The position numbers and the translations under genes were made by a program. A model generated the notes under the pieces. It was not told the DNA's origin, ran no database searches, and saw nothing but the letters and a program-made list of their open reading frames with translations. A stretch of 64,000 nt of DNA, taken from NCBI GenBank assembly GCA_964016885.1, contig OZ024748.1, forward strand, positions 24,986,001-25,050,000, given 5' to 3'. Position 1 is the first letter of the stretch. Each line of letters begins with the position of its first letter. This document shows, one piece after another, positions 23,149-36,405 of this stretch. The stretch is from Eledone cirrhosa (taxonomy: Eukaryota).

Positions 23149-23389
23149 TGAGAGTTTAGTGTAAGTAGCCAGACTTGTGTTACGTAAGCACCAGAGACTA
23201 TTCAATTAAACATCCAGTTGTTAATAATAAATCTTTGCTATGGATCTTATCAAGTCAGCCATCGAATCTCTTTTAATAATTCCGTTATTGTTGACCTACT
23301 TCCCCCAATAACCATAGTCAAACACCACCCAGAAACACACACATACACACATGCGCTAGCACATACACACTCACACACACTCACTTACT

Positions 23390-24075
23390 CACACACACTC
23401 ACACATAAATATATATATATCCACTAACACACGCACACACACACACATAAATATATATATATCCACTAACACACGCACACACAGACTCACACATAAATAT
23501 ATATATATCCACTAACACACGCACACACACACTCACACATAAATATATATATATCCACTAACACACGCACACACACACTCACACATAAATATATATATAT
23601 CCACTAACACACGCACACACACACTCACACATAAATATATATATATCCACTAACACACGCACACACACACTCACACATAAATATATATATATCCACTAAC
23701 ACACGCACACACACACTCACACATAAATATATATATATCCACTAACACACGTACACACACACTCACACATAAATATATATATATCCACTAACACACGCAC
23801 ACACACACTCACACATAAATATATATATATCCACTAACACACGTACACACACACACACATAAATATATATATCCATTAACACACGCACACACACATAAAT
23901 ATATATATATATATATATACAGTAACACACGTACACACATACACACATAAATATATATATCCACTAACACACGCACACACACACACACACACATAAATAT
24001 ATATATCCACTAACACACGCGCACACACACACACATAAATATATATATATATGTCCACTAACACACGCACACACA
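23390..24075. repeat. ~40-bp variable repeat built from CA/TA microsatellites
   Basis: Unit ACATAAAT(AT)nCCACTAACACACG(CA)n. Confidence 0.9.
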
Positions 24076-24101
24076 TGTGCACGCATATACATACACGCGC
24101 T

Positions 24102-27100
24102 AGGGGTGGGTATGTAGTGGGGTAGTTATGTAGTGGGGTTAGTGTGTAGTGTGGTGTGTGGTGGTTGTGGGGGTGGGTATGTAGTGGGGTTAGTGTGTAG
24201 TGTGGTGTGGGGGTGGGGATTGTGGGGGTGGGTATGTAGTGGGGTTAGTGTGTAGTGTGGTGTGGGGGTGGGGGTTGTGGGGGTGGGTATATAGTGGGGT
24301 TAGTGTGTAGTGTGGTGTGTGGTGGTTGTGGGGGTGGGTATGTAGTGGGGTTAGTGTGTAGTGTGGTGTGGGGGTGGGGGTTGTGGGGTGGGTATGTAGT
24401 GGGGTTAGTGTGTAGTGTGGTGTGGGGTGGGGATTGTGGGGTGGGTATGTAGTGGGGTTAGTGTGTAGTGTGGTGTGTGGTGGTTGTGGGGGTGGGTATG
24501 TAGTGGGGTTAGTGTGTAGTGTGGTGTGTGGTGGTTGTGGGGGTGGGTATGTAGTGGGGGTTAGTGTGTAGTGTGGTGTGGGGTGGGGGTTGTGGGGGTT
24601 TGTATGTAGTGGGGTTAGTGTGTAGTGTGGTGTGTGGGTGGGGGTTGTGGGGGTGGGTATGTAGTGGGGTTAGTGTGTAGTGTGGTGTGTGGTGATTGTG
24701 GGGGTGGGTATGTAGTGGGGTTAGTGTGTAGTGTGGTGTGGGGGTGGGGGTTGTGGGGGTGGGTATGTAGTGGGGTTAGTGTGTAGTGTGGTGTGGGGTG
24801 GGGGTTGTGGGGGTTTGTATGTAGTGGGGTTAGTGTGTAGTGTGGTGTGTGGGTGGGGGTTGTGGGGGTGGGTATGTAGTGGGGTTAGTGTGTAGTGTGG
24901 TGTGGGGGTGGGGTTGTGGGGGTTTGTATGTAGTGGGGTTAGTGTGTTGTGTGGTGTGTGGGTGGGGGTTGTGGGGGTGGGTATGTAGTGGGGTTAGTGT
25001 GTAGTGTGGTGTGGGGGTGGGGTTGTGGGGGTGGGTATGTAGTGGGGTTAGTGTGTAGTGTGGTGTGGGGGTGGGGTTGTGGGGGTGGGTATGTAGTGGG
25101 GGTTAGTGTGTAGTGTGGTGTGGGGTGGGGGTTGTGGGGGTTTGTATGTAGTGGGGTTAGTGTGTAGTGTGGTGTGTGGGTGGGGGTTGTGGGGGTGGGT
25201 ATGTAGTGGGGTTAGTGTGTAGTGTGGTGTGGGGGTGGGGTTGTGGGGGTGGGTATGTAGTGGGGTTAGTGTGTAGTGTGGTGTGGGGGTGGGGTTGTGG
25301 GGGTGGGTATGTAGTGGGGGTTAGTGTGTAGTGTGGTGTGGGGTGGGGGTTGTGGGGGTGGGTATGTAGTGGGGTTAGTGTGTAGTGTGGTGTGGGGTGG
25401 GGTTGTGGGGGTGGGTATGTAGTGGGGTTAGTGTGTAGTGTGGTGTGGGGGTGGGGGTTGTGGGGGTTTGTATGTAGTGGGGTTAGTGTGTAGTGTGGTG
25501 TGTGGGTGGGGGTTGTGGGGGTGGGTATGTAGTGGGGTTAGTGTGTAGTGTGGTGTGGGGGTGGGGTTGTGGGGGTGGGTATGTAGTGGGGTTAGTGTGT
25601 GGTGTGGTGTGGGGTGGGGGTTGTGGGGGTTTGTATGTAGTGGGGTTAGTGTGTAGTGTGGTGTGTGGGTGGGGGTTGTGGGGGTGGGTATGTAGTGGGG
25701 TTAGTGTGTAGTGTGGTGTGGGGGTGGGGTTGTGGGGGTGGGTATGTAGTGGGGGTTAGTGTGTAGTGTGGTGTGGGGTGGGGGTTGTGGGGGTTTGTAT
25801 GTAGTGGGGTTAGTGTGTAGTGTGGTGTGGGGGTGGGGTTGTGGGGGTGGGTATGTAGTGGGGGTTAGTGTGTAGTGTGGTGTGGGGTGGGGGTTGTGGG
25901 GGTTTGTATGTAGTGGGGTTAGTGTGTAGTGTGGTGTGTGGGTGGGGGTTGTGGGGGTGGGTATGTAGTGGGGTTAGTGTGTAGTGTGGTGTGGGGGTGG
26001 GGTTGTGGGGGTGGGTATGTAGTGGGGTTAGTGTGTAGTGTGGTGTGGGGGTGGGGTTGTGGGGGTGGGTATGTAGTGGGGGTTAGTGTGTAGTGTGGTG
26101 TGGGGTGGGGGTTGTGGGGGTTTGTATGTAGTGGGGTTAGTGTGTAGTGTGGTGTGTGGGTGGGGGTTGTGGGGGTGGGTATGTAGTGGGGTTTGTGTGT
26201 AGTGTGGTGTGGGGGTGGGGTTGTGGGGGTGGGTATGTAGTGGGGTTAGTGTGTAGTGTGGTGTGGGGGTGGGGTTGTGGGGGTGGGTATGTAGTGGGGG
26301 TTAGTGTGTAGTGTGGTGTGGGGTGGGGGTTGTGGGGGTTTGTATGTAGTGGGGTTAGTGTGTAGTGTGGTGTGTGGGTGGGGGTTGTGGGGGTGGGTAT
26401 GTAGTGGGGTTAGTGTGTAGTGTGGTGTGGGGGTGGGGTTGTGGGGGTGGGTATGTAGTGGGGTTAGTGTGTAGTGTGGTGTGGGGGTGGGGTTTGTGGG
26501 GGTGGGTATGTAGTGGGGTTAGTGTGTAGTGTGGTGTGGGGGTGGGGATTGTGGGGTGGGTATGTAGTGGGGTTAGTGTGTAGTGTGGTGTGTGGTGGTT
26601 GTGGGGGTGGGTATGTAGTGGGGTTAGTGTGTAGTGTGGTGTGGGGGTGGGGTTGTGGGGGTGGGTATGTAGTGGGGTTAGTGTGTAGTGTGGTGTGGGG
26701 GGTGGGGGTTTTGGGGGTGGGTATGTAGTGGGGTTAGTGTGTAGTGTGGTGTGGGGGTGGGGGTTGTGGGGTGGGTATGTAGTGGGGTTAGTGTGTAGTG
26801 TGGTGTGTGGTGGTTGTGGGGGTGGGTATGTAGTGGGGTTAGTGTGTAGTGTGGTGTGTGGTGGTTGTGGGGTGGGTATGTAGTGGGGTTAGTGTGTAGT
26901 GTGGTGTGGGGTTGTGGGGGTAGGTATGTAGTGGGGTAGGTATGTAGCGGGGGTTAGTGTGTAGTGTGATGTGGGGGTGGTGGTTGTGGGGGTGGGTATG
27001 TAGTGGGGTTAGTGTGTAGTGCGGTGTGTGGTGTGTAGGGGTGGAGGTGGCTATGTAGTGGGGTAGGTATGTAGTGGGGGTTAGTGTGTAGTATGTAGTG

Positions 27101-27135
27101 TGGTGTGTGTGGGTGGTGGTTGTGGGGTGTGTTGT
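24102..27135 (+). repeat. G/T-rich ~54-bp minisatellite, ~55 copies
   Basis: Unit GGGTATGTAGTGGGGTTAGTGTGTAGTGTGGTGTGGGGGTGGGGTTGTGGGGGT. Confidence 0.95.
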
Positions 27136-27330
27136 GTTAATTAACCGCATTAGAACAGAAAGACTTTTCTTCTTATCTTCACCGAAAGATTTTTGAGCAA
27201 CTTAACGAAATTGGATAATTAACCACAATAATACGCCATGTGTGTTTATACATATACACACACACACACACATATAAATATAATTATATACATAAAGAGA
27301 GAGAGACAGTGATATAGATGTATGCATGCA

Positions 27331-27390
<60 letters not shown>

Positions 27391-27422
27391 ATACTTATAT
27401 ATTTATATTCATATATATATAT

Positions 27423-27496
<74 letters not shown>

Positions 27497-27669
27497 TTCG
27501 TTTTTGAATTTGTTTTGCAAGATTTCTTATCTGAAAACGTGTGTTGAAACAGATATTGTTATATTTTCGGAGGGTCAATATATATAGTTCAAAATGACAA
27601 ACAAACAAACAAACGCAACAGTCAATAGTACATAGTGTTATTAGCTTCACTCTTGGTGAGAATGGCGGA

Positions 27670-27708
27670 GGTTATGACGCTTCGGACATAAGTCCTTCAC
27701 CAGGAAAG
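27670..27708 (-). ncRNA. Degenerate minimal hammerhead motif (same family as 37154)
   Basis: Minus strand CTGGTGA-A-GGAC ttat GTCC-GAAG-CGTC; two core substitutions. Confidence 0.5.
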
Positions 27709-28130
27709 TAGGCAGGAACTCCGAGAGGGAGTATGGAGGGGAGGTAACAGGAAAAACATGAAAGGACAGGACAAATAGAGATAAAAATAAACATGAAAAT
27801 CAAAATAAATAGAAACAGAATTAAAAGGAATATATTTAAAAAAAAAACAGAATAAAAAAAAAACGAGAGTGAAGGGAGTGAGAGGAATGTGTGGGTCCGG
27901 CATAGCAAGTGTATGGTAGTGCGTAAAGGGTGGATGGAGGGGGAGAGATGGGGCTGGGGAAGAGTCCAAGCGGGGATGGTGGAAGGTAAGGTGTGTGTGT
28001 ATATGTGTAGGTGCAAGTGTGAGTGTCTGGGAGGAAGCAAGTGTATGTGAATGTGGGTTTGGAAAAACCATTGTGTGTGTGTTGCAATGGAGTGTGTGCC
28101 TGTGGTGCGTGTATAGTCCCCGTATGGGTG

Positions 28131-28242
<112 letters not shown>

Positions 28243-28522
28243 CGTGTGCGTGTGTGTGCTTGCGGATGGAGGGGGAAGGATGGGGTGATACGAGATCGTG
28301 TCAAACTCGGAGGCGGTGTGGGGTGAAGTGTGGGTGTATGTGTAGATGTGCACGTGTTTGTGTGGTTAAGAGAAGGTGGTGCGTGGTGTGTGTGTATATG
28401 ATGTGGGTTCGTGTGAAATGTGTAGTTGCGTGTGTGTGTATGTGTGTGTACGGAAATGGTGCAAGTGTCTGTGTGTGTCTAAGTTTCTGAATGGATGTTG
28501 GTGTGTGTGTGTGTGTGTGGAC

Positions 28523-28727
28523 GGTAAAGATCCGGAGGTCTAAACGGGTGGATTCCACTGTGGTAAAGATCCGGAGGTCTAAACGGGTGGATTCCACTGT
28601 GGTAAAGATCCGGGGGTCTAAACGGGTGGATTCCACTGTGGTAAAGATCCGGGGGTCTAAACGGGTGGATTCCACTGTGGTAAAGATCCGGAGGTTTAAA
28701 CGGGTGGATTCCACTGTGGTAAAGATC
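28523..28727. repeat. 39-bp tandem repeat, ~5 copies
   Basis: Unit GTAAAGATCCGGRGGTCTAAACGGGTGGATTCCACTGTG. Confidence 0.95.
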
Positions 28728-29434
28728 TAACTTGGTGGGTGAGAGTGATAGTAGTACTACTATGTGTGCGTGAGGGTAGTTAGCTGTGTAGACAGGCAGG
28801 TGTGTGTGGGTGAGAGTGGCATGTGTGTATGTGTGTGGAGTTATGCGTATGTGTGTGTGGAGTTATGCGTATGTGTGTATGGAGTTATGTGTATGTATGT
28901 GTGTATGGAATTATGTGAATGTGTGTATGTGTGTGAGTGTATGTGTGTGAGTGTGTGTGTGTGTGAGTGTGTATGTGTCAGTGTATGTGTGTGTGTGTGT
29001 GAGAGTGTGTGTGTGAGTGTGTGTGTGTGTGAGTGTATGTGTGTGTGAGTGTATGTGTGTATGTGTGAGAGTGTGTGTGTGTGAGTGTGTGTGTGTGTGA
29101 GAGTGTATGCGTGTGTGAGTGTATGTGTGTATGTGTGAGAGTGTGTGTGTGAGTGTATGTATGTGTGTGTGTGTCTGTGTGTGTATGTATAACTCCGTTC
29201 TTAACTCTTTAAAATGTACACACTCAAGTATACACCCACATATATATACACAATGTATTTCCTGTGATGCTGTTAGAATAAGTCGTTAGTTTACCAACCA
29301 CACCGTCCCTGACCTCTAATACAACTAAATTAGACTTTTTAGAAATTCTTTTTGATTTCATTTTTTTGTTTTGTTTTTTTATTTGTATTTTTCTCTTTCA
29401 TTTATATTCATTTATTTATTTATTGTCTTTTCAG

Positions 29435-29479
29435 GATGAACGTCATCAGGTTTTAACAACTAACGTATTTATTGATCAG
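29435..29479 (+). CDS. Receptor exon, 45 bp (loop D region)
   Basis: ttttcag|GAT...CAG|gttcgt; DERHQVLTTNVFIDQ; a 45-bp exon here is typical of nAChR genes. Confidence 0.92.
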
Positions 29480-29572
29480 GTTCGTCCAAAATTTGCTTTC
29501 TTTACATTATAATTTTTTTTTTAAACTAGCTGTAGAACCTGGCCTTGCCCGGGTTTGTTAATACTTAAAATG

Positions 29573-29763
29573 CAGGTGTATCAAAAAGAATCATCCGATT
29601 TTATTTAAAATCTTTACAAATGCTCAATATGTAAATAACTTTATAAAAATTTGTAAATTCTTATATTCAGACATGTATTGTACAAGTTACTGCATGATTA
29701 TATGGTCATTCAATAAAAAAATATATAACCTTTTGAAATATAGCCTTTCTGATACACCCTGTG
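29573..29763. mobile_element. Tc1/mariner-type MITE
   Basis: Terminal inverted repeats CAGGTGTATCAAAAAG / CTTTCTGATACACCCTG. Confidence 0.6.
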
Positions 29764-30606
29764 TATATATAATCATTATCACATATAATTCACGTTAGGA
29801 ATTATATGCATTTTATGAATTGCTCTAAAAGAGATGTTGATATTCTTCACTAGAAATATTGATTTATTCAGAGTTGTTGCATTGAGGAAATTTAGAAGCT
29901 GGTTCAAGTTTAGCCTCATAAAGATACCCGAAAAGAAAATGAACAAATATAGACATGCTCGGTAAACAGACAGGTGTGTTGACGTGACTTCAGGTTGCTG
30001 TTGTACTCCCTTTCAGAATACAAGAGTCGATATCTCATCAGGCAGTGAAGTAACTCTGTAGATGTATCGGCTCCTATATATATATATGGGAGGAGGACAT
30101 TGATGAGGAATTCTTTATGAAAGCTTGTGGTGCAGTCAGGAAAAGGGATGGGGAAGTCATTTCCAAAAGAAAAGCAACTCTTGGTGCCTCACAGGTTGGA
30201 TTTCGGCCAGGATTGTATCTAGTACTTTGGAATAAAACTTTAAGTTTACATTCAAACTTTATTCCAATCATTTATGAACTCCCAATCCTGAGGTGTGGTT
30301 AATTATTTATGAAAATGTCATTTTCGTCTATGATCAACTTTATCACAAATTCTTTTGGTTAATTTTGAGAGTAATCGACATTTTTCTTGCTCAAAGTAGA
30401 GTCCAATAGTGTTAGACAGCCCCTGACAATTCCATTAAGTTATCTTTAAGCATTCCTAAGATAAAGAGGTTCAAAATTTGGACAATTTTGCTGGTACACT
30501 CGGTATATATATATATAGAGAGAGAGAGAGAAAGAGAGAGAGAGGTAGAACACTGGAAGGTAATATCCGCAGTGGTAGAGCACTCAGTCCATGGGACGAG
30601 TTAGGT

Positions 30607-30736
30607 AGAAGTGGTTACACAACAGTTAGTTCACCATACCGAGAACAATTGTTCACCTTAGCGGATCTTCTGAAGATCCACTAAGGTGAAACAATTGTTC
30701 TCGGTATGGTGAACTAACTGTTGTGTTACCACTTCT
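30607..30736. mobile_element. Palindromic mini-element with hammerhead core at its centre
   Basis: Near-perfect 64-bp arms centred at 30671; + strand CTGAAGA-TCC actaa GGT-GAAA-CAATTGT-T (self-complementary stem III). Confidence 0.65.
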
Positions 30737-31230
30737 CTCTCTATATATAATATACACAGTCGATGTCTCATCAGGCAGTGAAGTAACTCTGTAGGTGTAT
30801 CGGTTCCTTCCACCGTGACACCAAAACCAGTTTGTATCTTATATAAAAAGGTCGTTTTGTTTTTGTTGTTGGTCAAAACACTGTATTAATTTACATAGTT
30901 ACTCTAAAAGAAATATATATCCAATAACTAAATGTTTCCAATGTCTACTGCCTTACTGATCTGGTGTGGGTGAGGGGAGTGGATGTGGGTGAGGGGAGTA
31001 TAGAATATTCTTAATTTCTTTCCACGGAGAGTTAAGTTTCAGCAATCGTCACATAACCTGTCACCTTCTTCTAGGTGCCGTAGAATCTATAATCTCAACT
31101 GATAAATCAGCTATTATCTACATATTCTTCTCATCACTTTAATCACGTGTTAAGTATTAACTCTTAACGTCCTGTACCGCATCAAACTGCATTTGAAAGA
31201 CATTGTTGACAATTACAAAACTGCATTATA

Positions 31231-31392
31231 TCGACCTCGTAGGGATGAAAGGCAAAGTTAACCTCGGCGGGATCTGAGTTCAAATCCCGCCGAGGTTAGC
31301 TTTGCCTTTCATCCTTATGGGGTCGATAAAATAAAGTACCAGTAATACACTGGGATAATTGCTGGCCTTGTGCCAAAAGTAGAATCAATTAT
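31231..31392. mobile_element. Inverted pair of SINE family 1 fragments
   Basis: GGATGAAAGGCAAAGTTAACCTCGGCGGGAT...ATCCCGCCGAGGTTAGCTTTGCCTTTCATCC. Confidence 0.8.
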
Positions 31393-31559
31393 AACAGCAT
31401 TTCATTAAAATTGAGTTCAATTCTCTAATACTACAAATTTTTATAACGATATGTCCGCTAATAAAAGATAATATAACCATTTGGATTAACAAACTTGTTT
31501 CAAAATATTTTCTGCTAAATTATTTATTATATGTTAAGAGGTAATATATATATATATTG

Positions 31560-32310
31560 GCACATACAAGTATTTCCACATATATATATTTCCACATACA
31601 TAGATTTCCACATACATTGATTTACACATACATAGATTTCCACATACATAGATTTCCACATACATAGATTTCCACATACATAGATTTCCAGATATATAGA
31701 TTTCCAGACATATAGATTTCCACGTATATAGATTTCCACATATATAGAGTTCCACAAACATAGATTTCCACATACAAATATTTCCACATACATAGATTTC
31801 CACATAATAGATTTCCATATATATAGATTTCCACGTATATAGATTTCCACAAACATAGATTTCCACATACATAGATTTCCACATACATTGATTTACACAT
31901 ACATAGATTTCCACATACATTGATTTCCACATACATAGATTTCCACATACATTGATTTACACATACATAGATTTCCACATACATTGATTTACACATACAT
32001 AGATTTCCACATATATAGATTTCCACATTCATATATCTTCACATACGTAAATTTACACAAACACATACATATACGTTCATTTATACATACATAGATTCGC
32101 AGATACATAGATTTACACATACATAGATTTACACATTCATATATTTCCACATACATAGATATACACGTACACGGATTTCTACACACATAGAGTTATACAT
32201 ACATAGATAAAAACATACGTAGATTTATACATACATAAATTTCCACATACATATATTTCCACATACGTAGATTTCCACATACATATCCACATACATATAC
32301 ACATAGATTT
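31560..32310. repeat. ~16-bp minisatellite
   Basis: Unit ATTTCCACATACATAG, decaying at the 3' end. Confidence 0.9.
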
Positions 32311-32377
32311 TGAGTTTATGTTGGCAATATTATACACCGAAACAACATATGTACTTGTCTATACCACACTAATTCAA

Positions 32378-32432
32378 ACTGCCTGAAGAGGTCACAGCCA
32401 AATCTATGTATCACTGAAATATATAGAGCAGT
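32378..32432 (+). ncRNA. Type I hammerhead-like motif
   Basis: ACTGC-CTGAAGA-imperfect stem II-GAAA-TATATA..GCAGT. Confidence 0.5.
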
Positions 32433-32555
32433 AATAAACGAAGCTAAATTTTAATCATTTGACTTTTATTTAACTTTATTTTACATATACACATACATAG
32501 ATCTATGTAAAGACGTATCATTATTATCAATATCTAATGAAATATTTCCTATCAG

Positions 32556-32665
32556 GAATGGTCAGACGAGAACCTTTACTGGGAACCCGGCAAATACAAC
32601 AGCGTTCGATCTCTACGTGTTCCGGCCAAAAATGTTTGGCTGCCGGACACATTTATCTACAACAA
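32556..32665 (+). CDS. Receptor exon, 110 bp (loop A)
   Basis: atcag|GAA...AA|gtaagt; EWSDENLYWEPGKYNSVRSLRVPAKNVWLPDTFIYN; ends phase 2. Confidence 0.95.
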
Positions 32666-32826
32666 GTAAGTAACTATATCATCTATAAATAAATAAATTT
32701 GGATAAGCAAACGGGACTCAGTGGATAGAATTGTGGTTAATGTGTTATATTATAGCGGCGAGTGTTTACGCTTCATTCACTGTTCAAACTAGTTCGAGCT
32801 TTGAGTCACTGGAATCGCGTTGTTAC

Positions 32827-32909
<83 letters not shown>

Positions 32910-33202
32910 CAGGATTTAACAAGTCTTAAACAAGTAAGACCATTATTCAGCTGAGTACATATATATATATGCGTATATATATATATATATTAGAGCAAAC
33001 ATCACGGACGCTCTATCTCAAAATTATTTTTGAAAAGCATTAGAAATGCGCAACCGGTAAAACTTAAAACCAAAACTTAATACTAACCAATACTATTACT
33101 AATTCTCACTTATTCCTAATTAAACTATTTTTCACTGTGAACAATTTGTCAGCATTTTCTTTTCCGTTTACCAATATATATATATATATATATATATATA
33201 GG

Positions 33203-33339
33203 AGAGAGTATGACCCCGTCGAAACGGCTTGAGCTCTGCCGTCGGGGTCATACTCTCTCATATTACCCACCCTACTACCCTAAGCATTGAGTACTCTGGT
33301 GCGTTATGGTCCATCTGGTTCCTTACCACAACTCCTCCG

Positions 33340-33342
<3 letters not shown>
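33203..33342 (+). mobile_element. Hairpin mini-element (family B, 3' half of a hammerhead) in (TA)n
   Basis: GTC-GAAA-CGGC ttgagctct GCCG-TC-GGGGTC plus tail CATTGAGTACTCTGGTGCGTTATGGTCC; also at 16498, 40848, 41620, 43660, 59989. Confidence 0.7.
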
Positions 33343-33404
<62 letters not shown>

Positions 33405-33974
33405 AATATGATAATAATGGAGCTGCGGCGCTGCAAATGGGTTACATATGAAAAAGTTTGTCCTCATCAGTGGCCATCCAACCGTCGTGGGCATTTCGTC
33501 GCATTAAAGGCCATATACCTCAGGTTGGTGCGAGCAACGGCTAAAAAATGTCGTTGGGACACGTAAATAAAGGGGACGTTAGGGTAAACAAACAAAATGC
33601 CCAAGATGTCAAGATGTCAAGCAGTGGGAACGAACCAGGGAAGTGAACTTCTCAACCATTTAGCCATGCTGCATTCACACGACTGGATATATAATTATAG
33701 ACACATAATTGTTTCTACTTTTGGCGCAATGCAAAGTTAACCTCGACGGGATTTGAACTCCACATTATGACATTTTAAAAGATTTCTTTTTCGGGATTGC
33801 ATCCCTTCTATTAACATTAAAATATTTTAGAGTTACCTCCCTTGTTTACTTGATGTGCGATTCTGTTACAACTGGGTTACAGCAATAATGGTTTCCTATT
33901 TAGGCTAACAATATGGAGGGGGAGACTACAACACCACCAACAACAACAATAATAATAATAATTATTATTATTAT

Positions 33975-34318
33975 TATTTCTATTATAGGCTCAAGGCCAG
34001 CAATTTGAGGAGAAGGGAAAGTCAATTAAATCGACCCTAGTGCATTACTGGTGCTTTATTTTATCGACTCCGAAAGGATGAATGGCAAAGCTGACCTCGG
34101 CGGGATTTGAACTCAGAATGTAATGGGCCGTAACTATGCTGCAAAGTGTGGTGTCAATAATACGTACTGCTTCCTTACGTTCTGAGTTCGAATCCTACCG
34201 ACATCAAAAATTGCCCTTTATCTTTCCAGGATCGATAAAACAAACTTAATTTAATAGATCCCCATCCTCATCTCTTGAAATTGTAAACCTTGTCCCGAAA
34301 TTAGGAACCATAATTATT
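33975..34318. mobile_element. Divergent pair of SINE family 1 copies
   Basis: Minus copy ~33975-34155, plus copy ~34178-34318. Confidence 0.75.
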
Positions 34319-34659
34319 TTGGTCGTCAACATCATCATCATCGTCATTATTTGTCTGTGTGAAAGTGTGTGTGTGTGTGGGGGGGAGTTTGGATGTATTA
34401 ATAAGCTACAGATGATGATGATGAATAAAATGATAACTATAGATATACAAATGTATATTTAGAGATACACACATATAAATATAATTTATATATGTATGCA
34501 CGTATGCACGTATGTAACTATGTATGTATGTATGTATGTATGTATGTATGTATGTATGTATGTATGTATATATGTATGTATGTATGTATGTATGTGGGTG
34601 AGTATGTGGGTGAGTATGTGTGTATATATATTTATATACACATATATATGTGTGTGTAT

Positions 34660-34746
<87 letters not shown>

Positions 34747-34838
34747 TTTAAATTTCCCACTATAACGATCAATTAACCAGTTAGCCGTCCTGAAAATGAG
34801 GATGTTGTTTATTGAATATTGTATTTTCTTGTAATTAG

Positions 34839-35383
34839 TGCAGATGATGGCTCAACCGGCTTTATGCAAGGCACATATGTGTTGGTCAACTATAACGGCA
34901 GTGTTCTCTGGCCAGTACCGGTCAAGTTAAAGAGTTCCTGTAAAGTTGATATTACATATTTTCCGTTTGATGACCAACAATGCATTCTACGTTTTGGTTC
35001 CTGGATATACAGCGGTCTATGGATTGACTATATTACAATGATGGAAGGTAATCCGGTTGATTTGACCACATACGTGAACAATAGTGAGTGGGATCTGTTG
35101 GATATAAGACTGGACAAGAATATACGTACTCACTCCTGCTGTCCAGATCCTCACCCAGACATGACATATACTCTATACATTCGTCGCCGAACTTTCTACT
35201 ACATATTTAATATTATAATTCCCTGTGTGATGTTATCAGCGCTGACACTGTTAACGTTTTGGCTTCCACCAACGTCAGGTGAAAAGATCACCCTCGGTCT
35301 CTCAGTATTTTTAGCCTTTTCGATGTTCATGCTTCTTATTGCTGAACAAGTTCCTGCAACATCGGAATCTGTTCCACTTATTG
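34839..35383 (+). CDS. Receptor exon, 545 bp (loop E, Cys-loop, loops B/F/C, M1, M2)
   Basis: aattag|T GCA...ATT G|gtaagt; CKVDITYFPFDDQQC, FGSWIY, HSCCPDPHPD, RRRTFYYIFNIIIPC, PPTSGEKITLGLSVFLAFSMFMLLIAE, SESVPLIG. Confidence 0.97.
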
Positions 35384-36253
35384 GTAAGTAGTCATTTTTG
35401 TCAAATATTATCTAACATAACTAGAATGACCTATAAAAATTCCTTGTATTATTAATTATAATGTTGTGAATTGTAAATTGAAATGTAGTCGCCTCACTGT
35501 AGAAATGTGCATAACAATTGCCGACCATCCTGGAGAGCGATGGGCTCGAAATGCCCCCAAAACGCTGTATGTCCATTACGACTACCCTACGACTCCATCA
35601 AGAGTTACGGGACCATACCATATAAATAATATTTGAGAAAATCAGGTAAAATACCTCTGCATTCGGAAGACTAGATTTCAAATTTTTAAATTCCCAATGC
35701 TTCTTAAGTTAACTGGATGTTTACAATTCTAGCTACAGACTTAAACTTTTCTGAAAAGTCGGAATTAGTTGCCAGCGGTCCTCAAGCAAGCACCTCTGTT
35801 CAGTTTTTTTTCTGTCCCCCAGGAGTACTTTACCCGATTTTCTCAACTATTATTTAAATCCCCCCAAGGTTAACTTTGCCTTCCATCCTTACGGGTCGAT
35901 AAAATAAAGTACCAGTAATACACTGGGATAATTGCTGGCCTTGTGCCAAAAGTAGAAACAATTATTATGGTCATTTTGTTATGACACTTGTATTTCAAAT
36001 TAAATATTTTCCAATGCTTCCTAAGTCAACATTTGTAATGTATTTGTGTTTAAGAGTTTACAATTTGTTGACATTCCAATGCAATCCAGAGCCTTCTTAT
36101 TCCTTTGGAGGAACTCTTCCCTGGCTGGCCTCCACTATTTTCTGTGACATATACCTTATAGGAAACACACACACACATATATATGTATATGTATAAATAT
36201 ATACATACATATATACATACATACATACACACACACACCCCCATATATATATA

Positions 36254-36293
<40 letters not shown>

Positions 36294-36360
36294 TCTTATG
36301 TATGTATGTATATATATATATACATTCTTATGTATGTATATATATATATACATTCTTATG

Positions 36361-36402
<42 letters not shown>

Positions 36403-36405
<3 letters not shown>

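Noticed and set aside
24102-27135. Interstitial telomere
   Set aside because: Only one GGGTTAG word per 54-bp unit, no tandem TTAGGG
29990-30050. Additional minus-strand hammerhead (ACTGC-CTGATGA...GAAA), partial repeat at 30760
   Set aside because: Core words present, but stems I and III cannot be paired convincingly; left uncalled
35268-35290. Anion-selective molluscan nAChR
   Set aside because: M1-M2 linker is SGEK with Glu at -1', not the Pro-Ala motif of anionic channels
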